Below, piece after piece: positions 46,663 to 55,849 of a DNA stretch of 64,000 nucleotides (position 1 is its first letter; each line of letters opens with the position of its first letter). Source of the stretch: Eubacteriales bacterium (lineage in GTDB: Bacteria > Bacillota > Clostridia > Oscillospirales > UBA644); assembly GCA_045542115.1 (NCBI GenBank), contig JAZQKK010000014.1, positions 253,646 through 317,645 on the forward strand, given 5' to 3'. The translations under genes were made by a program, and so were the position numbers. Below the pieces are notes generated by a model, which did not search any database, was not told where the DNA came from, and saw nothing but the letters and a program-made list of their open reading frames with translations.

Positions 46663-48954
46663 TTATTCTCCTTTGTATGTTTTCAGTTCAAAACTATCCG
46701 CAACAGCCTTGCGGGCACTTGTAATATCGGTGTAAACTCCTTCGCAAATCATCTGCGCTAAAATGTTGCCGATGGAAGAACACTCAGTGGGACCGGCAAG
46801 GACGGGAACACCGCAAATCTTCGCGGTCATATTGTCCAGATAATCGTCCTTACTGCCGCCGCCTACAATATGAATGGCATCGATGGAGCGTCCGGTAATT
46901 TCTTTCAGAAGGGTAAAATACTTCCCGTAAGCGGAAGAAAGACCGGCGTAAATGGCCTGCATTATTTCTCCCACGGTGGAGGGAACGGGCTGACCGGAAT
47001 CCCGGCAATATTCCTTGATTTCGGTCATCATACTTTCGGGGGCAAGGAAACGGGGGTCGCAGACGTCTACCACAGAGGGGAAATCCTTGGCTTCCGCCGC
47101 CATATCCGCCAACTGACCGAAGGAATACTTCTTATCCAACTCTCTGCGGACCGATTGAACAAACCACATTCCGTTGATGTTGCGAAGGTAACGGATCTTT
47201 CCGCCGCAACCGCCTTCGTTGGTAAACATCGCTTCGAAGCCTTCCTTGGACGTATTGGCCCGGTCCAGTTCCGTTCCGAAAATCGACCAAGTACCGCTGG
47301 AAATATAGACCACGTTATCTTTGGTGGTGGGAACGGCGAGGACCGCAGATGCAGTATCGTGGCTTGCGGCAAGAATCACGCGGCAAGAGAATCCGACCTT
47401 CTCGGCGATTTCGTCTTTCAGAACACCCACTTCCCGGCAGGGCTGATGAATGGTCCCAAAGGCTTCCTTGGGGAATCCGATGGTTTCCAAAACCTTTTCG
47501 TCCCAGGTTCCGGTCTCACAGTTGAGCATATTCGTGGTGGAACTGTTGGTGTATTCGTTCATCTTCACACCGGTCAACAGGAAGTTCAGATATTCGGGGA
47601 ACATCAAAAACGTCTTGGTCCGGGCGGCAATCTCAGGTTCCCGGAGTTTGGTTTCGTACAACTGGAACAACGTGTTGATAGCCTGCGCCTGACAACCGGT
47701 CCGGGCGTACAATTCTTCCTCGGGCATTACCTCAAAGAATTTTTCGGGAATTCCCACGGTACGGCTGTCCCGATAGGCGTAGGTCTCCCCTAAAACACGG
47801 TCTTTTTCATCCAGAAGAACGTAATCCACGCCCCAGGTGTCAATGGCCATTGTGGCAGGAATTTTTCCGATGTCCTTACAATGACGAAGACCGTTGATAA
47901 TTTGGGTAAACAGACGGTCGTAATCCCAGCACAGATGTCCGTCCCGACGGACCACGTTGTTCTCAAAGCGGTATACCTCTTCCAGAACGATTTTTCCGTC
48001 TTCCAATCCGCCTAAAATCAGCCGTCCGCTGGACGCACCGAGGTCAACGGCAAGATGATACTGTTTCAATAAATTCCCTCCGTATCCTTCGCTTTTCCAC
48101 ACCGCCGCCCGGTACTCCGCGGGGGAAGTTTTCATCACCCGGCGAAAGGCGCGGTTAAAGCTCGATTTTGTATTGAATCCGCCTTGCATTGCAATGTCAA
48201 GCACGGAGACTTTCGTGGTTTTTAAAAGGTTTGTGGCATAGGCGACCCGCTTCAAAAGAACGTACTCCCAGGGGGAGATTCCGTTCAAATCCCGGAACAC
48301 CTTCATAAAATAACTTTTGCTCATTCCCGCGGCACGGGCCATATCGTCCACCGTAATCTGTTCCCGGAAATTTGCGTTGATAAACCGCAAGCCCCGTTCC
48401 ACGTCGGAAACGGTGGTCCGCTCCGGACGGGTCCGGTCAGGATAATCGTAGTGACGCAACAAAAGAGCCAAGACCTGCATCGTCAAGGCCCGGGCTTCCA
48501 GGTCGGAAAACGGTTCTTCCTCGGAAACCGCCGCCGCAATGCGCTCCATCAAGGAACCCACCCCGGCGTTGGCCGGGTTGGCTCGGGGCAACCGGGCGGA
48601 AATTCCGGCAGTAGGACGAAGCAAAAACGAAACACAGCGAAAATCGTAAGACCCTTCTGCCCCATCCCAAATAAAACGGGGGTCAAAGCGAATCTGCAAA
48701 AAACGAAATTCCGGTTCTTTTGCCCGAAAAGAGTGGGCCGCGTGGCCGGGAAAGACGAACAGATCCCCGGGAATGGCATCGGCCTCGGTCTTGTCCGAAC
48801 GACAGACCCCCACACCCGATAAAATGCGGACCAATTCAATCTCCGAACGGGAAGGCAACGACAGGTCTTTGTCCTGGGGGGTCAAGGAATGTTCGCAGAC
48901 TTTGACCAAGAAATTTCCGTCGTGAGAGGCAATATGTGATTCCCGTAAAACCAT
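46663..48954 (-). CDS. rhaB: In-frame fusion of an AraC-family regulator (N-terminal ~295 aa) and rhamnulokinase (C-terminal ~468 aa)
   Basis: Cupin-like region plus AraC HTH ([10 protein letters not shown]...[13 protein letters not shown]), with no stop before [51 protein letters not shown]. Internal GGAGG-N7-TTG at 48069. Confidence 0.88.
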   Translation of the reverse strand: MVLRESHIASHDGNFLVKVCEHSLTPQDKDLSLPSRSEIELVRILSGVGVCRSDKTEADAIPGDLFVFPGHAAHSFRAKEPEFRFLQIRFDPRFIWDGAEGSYDFRCVSFLLRPTAGISARLPRANPANAGVGSLMERIAAAVSEEEPFSDLEARALTMQVLALLLRHYDYPDRTRPERTTVSDVERGLRFINANFREQITVDDMARAAGMSKSYFMKVFRDLNGISPWEYVLLKRVAYATNLLKTTKVSVLDIAMQGGFNTKSSFNRAFRRVMKTSPAEYRAAVWKSEGYGGNLLKQYHLAVDLGASSGRLILGGLEDGKIVLEEVYRFENNVVRRDGHLCWDYDRLFTQIINGLRHCKDIGKIPATMAIDTWGVDYVLLDEKDRVLGETYAYRDSRTVGIPEKFFEVMPEEELYARTGCQAQAINTLFQLYETKLREPEIAARTKTFLMFPEYLNFLLTGVKMNEYTNSSTTNMLNCETGTWDEKVLETIGFPKEAFGTIHQPCREVGVLKDEIAEKVGFSCRVILAASHDTASAVLAVPTTKDNVVYISSGTWSIFGTELDRANTSKEGFEAMFTNEGGCGGKIRYLRNINGMWFVQSVRRELDKKYSFGQLADMAAEAKDFPSVVDVCDPRFLAPESMMTEIKEYCRDSGQPVPSTVGEIMQAIYAGLSSAYGKYFTLLKEITGRSIDAIHIVGGGSKDDYLDNMTAKICGVPVLAGPTECSSIGNILAQMICEGVYTDITSARKAVADSFELKTYKGE

Positions 48955-49135
48955 ACCGGGACCTTCTTTCTTCGTTTATTGTATCATATTAAAGAAAACG
49001 ATGCAACCGAAATAATATCAAATAAGGTGCAAATATTATTTTTATAAAAGTATAAAAAAATTTAAAATTCTCGATTTTTCCGGTAAAATTAGGATTTTTT
49101 TATTCTACAAAAAGGAGAAAATCTTCTTTTACCAT

Positions 49136-49164
49136 ATCATACCACATTTTAAGAAATTTGTCAA
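49136..49164 (-). promoter_or_regulatory. Candidate sigmaA promoter upstream of the araC-rhaB-rhaA-rhaD unit
   Basis: Minus strand TTGACA-N17-TATGAT. A second candidate, TTGCAT-N17-TACAAT, lies near 48978-49006. Confidence 0.55.
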
Positions 49165-49207
49165 GAAAAATCCCCGGAAGAATTTCTTCTCCCGGGGGGA
49201 AATCCCA

Positions 49208-51043
49208 TCAATTGGAAAGGTCGATTTTCGCAGGATAAAGGTAGAGGGACCCGTCGGTCATATGCTTGATGCGGTAAACGGAGCAATCCCGATTCCAGTT
49301 GATTTTAAATCCGGCTTTCTGCAACTCCGAAACGATCAGATAGTGCCGCGACGAGATGATGAGATAGTCATACAACTCCAACATTTTTACGTCCGTGGGA
49401 ATGGAATATTCCGGACTTCCCAAATCCAAGTCAAAGCACACGCGCGTCTTCAATTCATACATCATCAGATAATAATATAAATCCCGTCTTCCCCGTTCTC
49501 CGTTGCACATCGCGACTTTGGAATTACGGGGGATGATTTGCGCCGCTTCCTGCAAAACGTCCATTACTTTTCCCCGTTCGGTCGTGGCGAAATCGGGGCG
49601 GAAAATCAATTGGCTTGCAGGTCCGATAACCAAGGAAAACAGGAACAGAGATACGCAGATGGGAAGCAGTCGCGTGGCAAAAGGCCGATGTTCCAAAATA
49701 TGAGAAAGGGTGGTAATCATACCCTCGGCGAGCATCGCCACAAAGAGAATCAACGGCGTAATCATATATCGCTCAAAGGCCGCAAGATAACGGGCTTCGC
49801 CGATGGCCATAATAAATCCGTACATAAACAACAGAGCAAGGGCATACCAGACCATCAATCCGTTGGCAGAAATCCACGTCCGGAAAAGATATTTGCAGTT
49901 CTTTTTCCGGTGCCGAAGAAGCAACAGCACCCCCAGAACAAAGAGATTGAGAACCACGAAAAAGACCACGTAGATTTTGGAAAAATCGGTAATCTTATCC
50001 CAAAACAACCGTAAAATTTCTTGGTAAAACGAAAGGGAACGGTCCCGGAAGGTCTGGATAAGACCACCGTAAGAATAAGAATTCGTGGCCGTACCATAGG
50101 TCAGATCCCGATAGACCTTCCAAAGAGAGGTCATCAAAAAAGCCCCTGCAAACGGAGTTAAGAAGAGCAACGCCTTCCGTTTGAGACCAAAATTTTTCAA
50201 AGCATCATACAGGAAAAACAATGCAAAAAATGCGATAAGCAATCCGGCGTTGCTCTTGATCAACATCAAAAGAGCCAGGATGGGCGTCATAAACAGCCAT
50301 CCGAAAATCGGACGTTCCCGATACGCTTCCCGCAAAAACCAAATATCGACGGCAAGAAACCCCATCTGCGCGTCTACCAAAAGGTTGTAGACCTGCAACG
50401 TTCCGTCATCAAAGACCAAAAGGCACGTAAGTACAACTCCAAGAATCGTATAGGCGATAAACCGGAAGGAGACCGTCTTTTTAATTCGGAAAAACAAAGC
50501 GGACAACGCGGCACAGGAGAACAGTGCCTGCCCCATCAAGGCAATATCTTCTCCCGTTCCAACCACGTTACAGAACCAATATAAGAACGTAGTAGTGCCG
50601 GGGGCATAATCCCGGAATACAACCACCATACGGGCATTGGGAAAACTGTGGAAATCCAGCATTTCGGAAAGAATCGTTCCCCAATGGGAAAAATTATCGT
50701 AATGATAATAATGGGCCCCCCACAGGATGGGAATAAACGCGGCAGACATTACAAAAAAGAAAACAAAAGCCGGGGAAAGCAAAAAAGACAAGGAAACTTT
50801 TTTGCGAACAGCCAACACACAAAAGAAAATCAACAATACAAATCCAAGAATAAATAAGGCCCACGCCGCCGGTTGAAGGATTTGCAAAAGACCGCACAAA
50901 AAGAGGGTAAGCGTAAGGGTAGCAACGGTAAAAATGGGGATAAAAGCGGATTTTAACTTCGTCAAATAAGACACGAGACAAAACCAACCGCACAAAGATA
51001 CGACAAAGGTAAGCCAACGGAAGACCGTCCAAAAAACCGTCAT
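49208..51043 (-). CDS. Polytopic membrane protein, putative GT-C-like envelope-polymer modifying enzyme
   Basis: More than 12 hydrophobic segments; a YDNFSHWG...FP...DYAPG loop after the first TM bundle; soluble C-terminal domain. Start after GGAGGGGG. Function is inference. Confidence 0.6.
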   Translation of the reverse strand: MTVFWTVFRWLTFVVSLCGWFCLVSYLTKLKSAFIPIFTVATLTLTLFLCGLLQILQPAAWALFILGFVLLIFFCVLAVRKKVSLSFLLSPAFVFFFVMSAAFIPILWGAHYYHYDNFSHWGTILSEMLDFHSFPNARMVVVFRDYAPGTTTFLYWFCNVVGTGEDIALMGQALFSCAALSALFFRIKKTVSFRFIAYTILGVVLTCLLVFDDGTLQVYNLLVDAQMGFLAVDIWFLREAYRERPIFGWLFMTPILALLMLIKSNAGLLIAFFALFFLYDALKNFGLKRKALLFLTPFAGAFLMTSLWKVYRDLTYGTATNSYSYGGLIQTFRDRSLSFYQEILRLFWDKITDFSKIYVVFFVVLNLFVLGVLLLLRHRKKNCKYLFRTWISANGLMVWYALALLFMYGFIMAIGEARYLAAFERYMITPLILFVAMLAEGMITTLSHILEHRPFATRLLPICVSLFLFSLVIGPASQLIFRPDFATTERGKVMDVLQEAAQIIPRNSKVAMCNGERGRRDLYYYLMMYELKTRVCFDLDLGSPEYSIPTDVKMLELYDYLIISSRHYLIVSELQKAGFKINWNRDCSVYRIKHMTDGSLYLYPAKIDLSN

Positions 51044-51152
51044 AACATCCCCCTCCCTCTTTTTTATTATTGTAACACAGAACCGGGAAATTGTCAACCA
51101 AAAAAAATAAAAGACCGGAGATTTTCTCAAAACAAAAATCTCCGGTCTTGTT

Positions 51153-52973
51153 TTATCGGTAAATTGCAGCAAAGCTTTCGTGGGGAAGCAGGGTAACGGT
51201 CAGTTGTTTGTCGGTCAAATCAAAGGGTTTTTCCGAACACAGGGGCGTTTCGATTCCCGGAACGGTTACGGTTCTTGGAATCTCTTCCCAATTCACCACC
51301 ACAAGTGCCTTATCCCCCAAAAAGACCGAGGGATTTCGGTAATCGTCGGACAGATACTTCGGCCGAAGGGATTCTCCCGCAAGGCGGAAGGCGTTTTCAA
51401 TGATTTGAATTCCTCTTTCGTTGAGAACGGACATCCGGTCAGAGAGGAAAATATTCCCGCCGGACAGCGCCACCAAATTGGCCCAGGTTTCCGCTTCCAA
51501 GGCATTGAATTGGTCGCCGTGACGCCAAATAAGCTTCATTCGGTCTTTCGACGTTTGTTTTGCCCGGGGCGGCGCGGGGTAATCGTTTCGATCCCCCTCC
51601 CAGATCAGAGGTTCATCGGCGGTTTCTTCCCCTCGAACCACTAAGAAATCCGGGTCAACACGGGTAATTTTATTGTTGTAAACCGAAGACCAGGCAATGG
51701 AACGGGCGATGGCTTTGACGTGAGAAAAGTGGTTATGGATATCCAAGCCCAATCGCATCGAAGGAGCAATATCCGCCCCACATTCCAAGGGAAGGGAACA
51801 TCCCAAAATCACCACATCGGGACCGGTATACGCCTTCACGTCGTTGACTAAGTCTGCCAAAACACCGTAAGGCGTTGCGGTTTTATCGTAAAAATCCTTA
51901 ATTTCCAACAACGGGGAAACGTAATCCATTTTAAACAGACGGAATCCGGCACGATATTGATAGAGGTATGCATCCAAAATAAACTGCCGGGCATCGGGGT
52001 GAGTGGGGTCCAGGTAATATAAGCCGGAAGTTTCAAACAATTCTCCGTCTTCTCCGCGGCAAAACCATTCCGGATGCGCCCGGAAGACTGCAACGTCGTC
52101 CCGGACGCCGACGGGAGTCATCCAAATTCCGGGGATAAATCCAGCCTCCCGAATCCGACGGGCAACTTCGCTTAAACCACAGGAAAACTTTTCGTTTTCC
52201 ACCCAATCGCCCCAGCCTTTCTGCCATCCGTCATCAATGACGATGTAATCCAATCGGTCGGCAAAGGACATTGTTTTTAAGGCTTCTACGTTTTCAAAAA
52301 CGTCTTCTGCCGTAACCCGGTCCAAATAATAATCCCACGTATTCCATCCGGTCAACTTTGGCATTGGGAAACTGCTTTGAGGTAACAAATCCCGATACAA
52401 AGTATAAAATTCATCAATGGAGACGGCTTGGTTTACGTAGGCACGTTCCGCATCCAACCGGGTCGCCTGTTGAAGGCTTTTGGTATATTCGGTCTTCACA
52501 CAAAAGGTGACGCATCCGTCTTCCCCTTTGCAGGCCGTTGCGGCACAGATGTTCCGGAAAGGCGATACTCCGGCGACCAAACTTCCGGACAGGGACAGGT
52601 CTTCATACCAACCCATTGCGGTTTCACAATATTCCGTATTCACCCCAAGTTCGGAGGGAAATCGAATCTCATTTTCTGTGGTGGCTCTGCCAATCAGGGC
52701 AATATGGTCGGTCATTTTAGGGAAACAGGGGTTGCAAACCACACTGTCAATCCGTCGAATCCCCAAGGGAACGTTGGAAGAAACGCTTAAATCCACCAAA
52801 ATGCCGCCGGCATACGGGGTATGGGTCCAAGTCACCTCCGCATTGTCCACAGACGCACGGTAAACCGTCACGTCTCCGCAGACCTCACCTTGCAAATCTG
52901 CCGCAGAAACCGTTACGGTTTTTTCGGCAAAATAAAGTCGAAAACTAAGGGAATTTCCAAAATGCTTCTTCAT
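51153..52973 (-). CDS. Glycoside hydrolase, GH36-like (alpha-galactosidase clan D)
   Basis: GWNTWDYY, IVIDDGWQKGWGDW, PGIWMTP, YLDPTHP, FKMDY nucleophile, MRLGLD, VDPD. Confidence 0.82.
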   Translation of the reverse strand: MKKHFGNSLSFRLYFAEKTVTVSAADLQGEVCGDVTVYRASVDNAEVTWTHTPYAGGILVDLSVSSNVPLGIRRIDSVVCNPCFPKMTDHIALIGRATTENEIRFPSELGVNTEYCETAMGWYEDLSLSGSLVAGVSPFRNICAATACKGEDGCVTFCVKTEYTKSLQQATRLDAERAYVNQAVSIDEFYTLYRDLLPQSSFPMPKLTGWNTWDYYLDRVTAEDVFENVEALKTMSFADRLDYIVIDDGWQKGWGDWVENEKFSCGLSEVARRIREAGFIPGIWMTPVGVRDDVAVFRAHPEWFCRGEDGELFETSGLYYLDPTHPDARQFILDAYLYQYRAGFRLFKMDYVSPLLEIKDFYDKTATPYGVLADLVNDVKAYTGPDVVILGCSLPLECGADIAPSMRLGLDIHNHFSHVKAIARSIAWSSVYNNKITRVDPDFLVVRGEETADEPLIWEGDRNDYPAPPRAKQTSKDRMKLIWRHGDQFNALEAETWANLVALSGGNIFLSDRMSVLNERGIQIIENAFRLAGESLRPKYLSDDYRNPSVFLGDKALVVVNWEEIPRTVTVPGIETPLCSEKPFDLTDKQLTVTLLPHESFAAIYR

Positions 52974-53096
52974 TAAAACCACCTGCTTTTTTGTATTGGG
53001 GAAAAGATGATGCTATTTTATCACAATCGAAAGGCATTGTCAAGAATTTTTTTTAAGTTTTTCATAATTTTATGCTACAAAAAAACAAACTTTATA

Positions 53097-53130
53097 AAAA
53101 AACGACCTGTCGAAACAGGTCATTTTTTGG
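53097..53130. repeat. Direct-repeat copy A of the tRNA-Cys terminator/CCA end
   Basis: AAAAAACGACCTGTCGAAACAGGTCATTTTTTGG, versus copy B at 53931-53966. Confidence 0.75.
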
Positions 53131-53188
53131 GGGGGGTTGTTTGAATTTAGCGGCACGAATATAATATGCCTGAAAACTGAGGATTTTC

Positions 53189-53572
53189 TTACATTTCTTT
53201 AAATTTTTTGTAAGTTATGCAGTTAACATAATTCTCATCATATTTTTTTGAACTTCGGAAAATGCCATTATCTAATCCCTCATCTCCGCCTGGCGTTCCC
53301 CTTACAACAAATAAAGTGTTCAAAACCTTTCCGTCAAATTTATAAATTGGAATTTTATCACCATAGCGCCTACCTGACAATCGCCAAAAACGAGGGACTT
53401 GTTCCCAACAAATCGTATTGTCGATAAAATGTATTACCGTATACTTGTTCGCAATTTTTATAGGAATAATAACCGTGTATTCTTTATCACCACAATTCAC
53501 AGAATAAACATTTACAAATTCTGTTTGTTTAACAAGTTGTTTTTTGGATTTGAAACAATCAAATAGTTTCAT
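53189..53572 (-). CDS. AT-rich orphan hypothetical protein (127 aa)
   Basis: Open frame with upstream AGAAGGA; AT-richer than flanking genes; no recognised motif. Confidence 0.6.
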   Translation of the reverse strand: MKLFDCFKSKKQLVKQTEFVNVYSVNCGDKEYTVIIPIKIANKYTVIHFIDNTICWEQVPRFWRLSGRRYGDKIPIYKFDGKVLNTLFVVRGTPGGDEGLDNGIFRSSKKYDENYVNCITYKKFKEM

Positions 53573-53594
53573 AATGTTACATCCTTCTACTATT

Positions 53595-53930
53595 CATCGT
53601 TTGTACGAAGCACAACTCTGTTTGCCGAGGGCAACCTCGTTTTGTGTCTGCAAGCGTAATGATGTTTTCGCTCTGCGAAAAATGATGCTTGCAACTGCGT
53701 TGCAAAACGATGTTTTTACACCACGAAAATGCAAACCGGTAAAAAAGACTTGTTTTTAGTGAAGTATCGGCTGTGCCGATGTGAAGTTATGGCTTGCGCC
53801 ATAGTGAAGTTCTGCGCTTCGCACAAAGTGAAGTTAAGTTTGCCAAAATACACTTGCGAAGCAAACTTCACTACGAAGTAACTTCACTGCCGAAAGCAAC
53901 TTCACTTGCCCATAAGGGCAAACTTAGTTG
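53595..53930. repeat. Structured box-and-hairpin repeat element (REP/BIME- or MITE-like, or ncRNA)
   Basis: A(T/C)GATG boxes separated by hairpins; four GTGAAGT boxes (53759, 53781, 53804, 53828) separated by hairpins; three inverted ACTTCAC boxes (53865, 53881, 53899); TAAGTTTGCC/GGCAAACTTA stem. Confidence 0.75.
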
Positions 53931-53966
53931 AAAAAACGACCTGGCGAAACAGGTCGTTTTTTTTGG
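53931..53966. repeat. Direct-repeat copy B: terminator of the tRNA cluster
   Basis: AAAAAACGACCTGGCGAAACAGGTCGTTTTTTTTGG, ending in the tRNA-Cys CCA. Confidence 0.8.
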
Positions 53967-54038
53967 AGGCACCATCCGGATTCGGACCGGAGCGTGGAAG
54001 TTTTGCAGACTTCTGCCTTACCACTTGGCTATGGTGCC
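53964..54038 (-). tRNA. tRNA-Cys (GCA)
   Basis: GGCACCATAGCCAAGTGGTAAGGC-GAAGT-CTGCAAA-ACTTC...TGGTGCCTCCA. T-loop reads TCCGAAT. Confidence 0.93.
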
Positions 54039-54114
54039 ATAGGACGGTTTTTGTCGTAAAAAACCGCTTTTAAGAAAAATATCAAGTTCATAGTCGAACT
54101 TGATATCTTTCGTG

Positions 54115-54190
54115 TGGAGCGGAATACGGGGCTCGAACCCGCTACCTCAACCTCGGCAAGGTTGCGCTCTACCAGATGAGCTAATTCCGC
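54115..54190 (-). tRNA. tRNA-Gly (GCC)
   Basis: GCGGAATTAGCTCATCTGGTAGAGC-CAACC-TTGCCGA-GGTTG...GGTTCGAGCC...TTCCGCTCCA. Confidence 0.95.
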
Positions 54191-54219
54191 AGATATCTTG
54201 TCGGGTCCGACAAGAGTTT

Positions 54220-54295
<76 letters not shown>

Positions 54296-54300
54296 ATAAA

Positions 54301-54377
54301 TGGCGACTCAGAAGGGACTCGAACCCTCGACCTCCGCCGTGACAGGGCGGCGTTCTAACCAACTGAACTACTGAGCC
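54301..54377 (-). tRNA. tRNA-Asp (GUC)
   Basis: GGCTCAGTAGTTCAGTTGGTTAGAAC-CCGCC-CTGTCAC-GGCGG...GGTTCGAGTCC...CTGAGTCGCCA. Confidence 0.96.
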
Positions 54378-54382
54378 GTATT

Positions 54383-54458
54383 TGGTGGGAACTACAGGGC
54401 TCGAACCTATGACCCTCTGCTTGTAAGGCAGATGCTCTCCCAGCTGAGCTAAGCTCCC
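54383..54458 (-). tRNA. tRNA-Val (UAC)
   Basis: GGGAGCTTAGCTCAGCTGGGAGAGC-TCTGC-CTTACAA-GCAGA...GGTTCGAGCC...GTTCCCACCA. Confidence 0.96.
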
Positions 54459-54496
54459 AAAATCTGAAGCGAGTTTCTCTCGTTGTCAGCCTAACT

Positions 54497-54525
54497 ATAA
54501 TACCACACTTTCCCCAATTTGTCAA
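54497..54525 (-). promoter_or_regulatory. sigmaA promoter of the Val-Asp-Phe-Gly-Cys tRNA operon
   Basis: Minus strand TTGACA-N17-TATTAT with an extended -10 TG. Confidence 0.75.
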
Positions 54526-54720
54526 GCGGTTTTTTTAAAAAAAATCCGGGTTTTTTAAGGTTCGTGCAAAACTTACCATAAAATCACTAAAATTAAAGTT
54601 TGTTTTGTAAAAACTGCACACATTCAAAGACAAATCCCTTAGAATCGATAAAAAAACAGGCTTGATTTCTTCTTTAAAATGTGATATACTGAGGGGGAAA
54701 TGAAGGAAAGAGGCCTGTTT

Positions 54721-55455
54721 ATGGACGACATTATATTGGAAGGTTCCATTTCCGTCAAGGCGGCGTTGGAAGCCGGACGGCGAGAGATTTTCGAACTTCT
54801 TACCGACGGAAGAAAATCGGACCGGAACCGTAATTACATTCTTAATTTGGCAAAGAACAAAGGAATTCCCGTAACCACAGTATCGCCCGAAGAACTTTCC
54901 CGGCGGGCGGAAGGGACCTCCCACGGAGGGTTGCTGGCACGAGGGTCGGACCGAAACTACCAACGTCCGGAAGAACTACTCTCCCATCCCCTTCCCTTTT
55001 TGGCGGTATTGGAAGGCATCGAAGACCCATATAACTTCGGAGGCGCGTTACGTTCTCTGTACGCGGCGGGAGTAACCGGCGTATTGGTCCCCGAACGAAA
55101 TTGGTGCAGTGCCGCAGGAGTGGTCACGAAGGCCTCGGCGGGAGCCTCGGAATTTTTAGACATTGCCGCGGTCGACGATTGGGATGCCGTTTTGTCCGAT
55201 GCCTCGGCCCGGGGAATCCGAATCCTATGTGCAGAGCGAAAAAACGCCGTATCTTTATATGAAAGCAATCTGACAGGGCCGGTAATGTTGGTCTTCGGCG
55301 GAGAAATGCGGGGGATTTCTTCCAAAATTGCAAAACACGCCCATCAGAATGTTTTTCTACCTTATGGAAGAGAATTCCGCAATGCGCTTTCCGCAAACTC
55401 CGCAGCGGCGGTTTTTGCATTTGAAGCCTATCGGCAACGGAATTCCGAAAAATAA
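54721..55455 (+). CDS. TrmH/SpoU family RNA methyltransferase (RlmB-like)
   Basis: LEGIEDPYNFGGALRS, KASAGA, LVFGGEMRGIS, NALSANSAAAV. Confidence 0.9.
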   Translation: MDDIILEGSISVKAALEAGRREIFELLTDGRKSDRNRNYILNLAKNKGIPVTTVSPEELSRRAEGTSHGGLLARGSDRNYQRPEELLSHPLPFLAVLEGIEDPYNFGGALRSLYAAGVTGVLVPERNWCSAAGVVTKASAGASEFLDIAAVDDWDAVLSDASARGIRILCAERKNAVSLYESNLTGPVMLVFGGEMRGISSKIAKHAHQNVFLPYGREFRNALSANSAAAVFAFEAYRQRNSEK

Positions 55456-55458
55456 GAT

Positions 55459-55494
55459 TAAAAAAATGACCTGACGCTTTGTCAGGTCATTTTA
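55459..55494. terminator. Bidirectional intrinsic terminator
   Basis: AAAATGACCTGAC-gcttt-GTCAGGTCATTTT. Confidence 0.8.
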
Positions 55495-55505
55495 ATACGT
55501 GCAAA

Positions 55506-55754
55506 TCAGATACCGGTGGAGACGATGATGTTCATCGCGAACACGGCAACCACGAAAATCAGACCGAAGATCACAGTAAGGCTCTTCAAAAGAGCGTCAC
55601 GTTTCGCTGCCTGACCTTTTCCGGAAGCATTGCTGTTCCGGCCGGTGAGGGCGGTCATTTCGCTTCCGCGGTTGGATTGAAGAACGACCACGGCAATCAA
55701 AGCCACCGAGCAGACCAACAGAATGATAGCAAAGATAATCATAGGAATACTCAT
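55506..55754 (-). CDS. secG: Preprotein translocase subunit SecG
   Basis: Two TM helices; VVLQSNRGSEMTALTG linker; DALLKSLTVIFG. Confidence 0.85.
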   Translation of the reverse strand: MSIPMIIFAIILLVCSVALIAVVVLQSNRGSEMTALTGRNSNASGKGQAAKRDALLKSLTVIFGLIFVVAVFAMNIIVSTGI

Positions 55755-55849
55755 AGTTTATAATTCCTCCGTTTTATTACGAATTACGATTTATACCGAA
55801 CTATTATACCACAACTTTTTCCTTTTGGCAACCCCTAAAAGGAAAATTG

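Noticed and set aside
53759-53905. CRISPR array
   Set aside because: Repeats are only 7 nt, spacers are 11-16 nt self-complementary hairpins, and there are no cas genes.
54150-54165. G37 in the tRNA-Gly(GCC) anticodon loop (TTGCCGA)
   Set aside because: Purine 37 is retained and the stem is perfect; minor variant with no supportable consequence.
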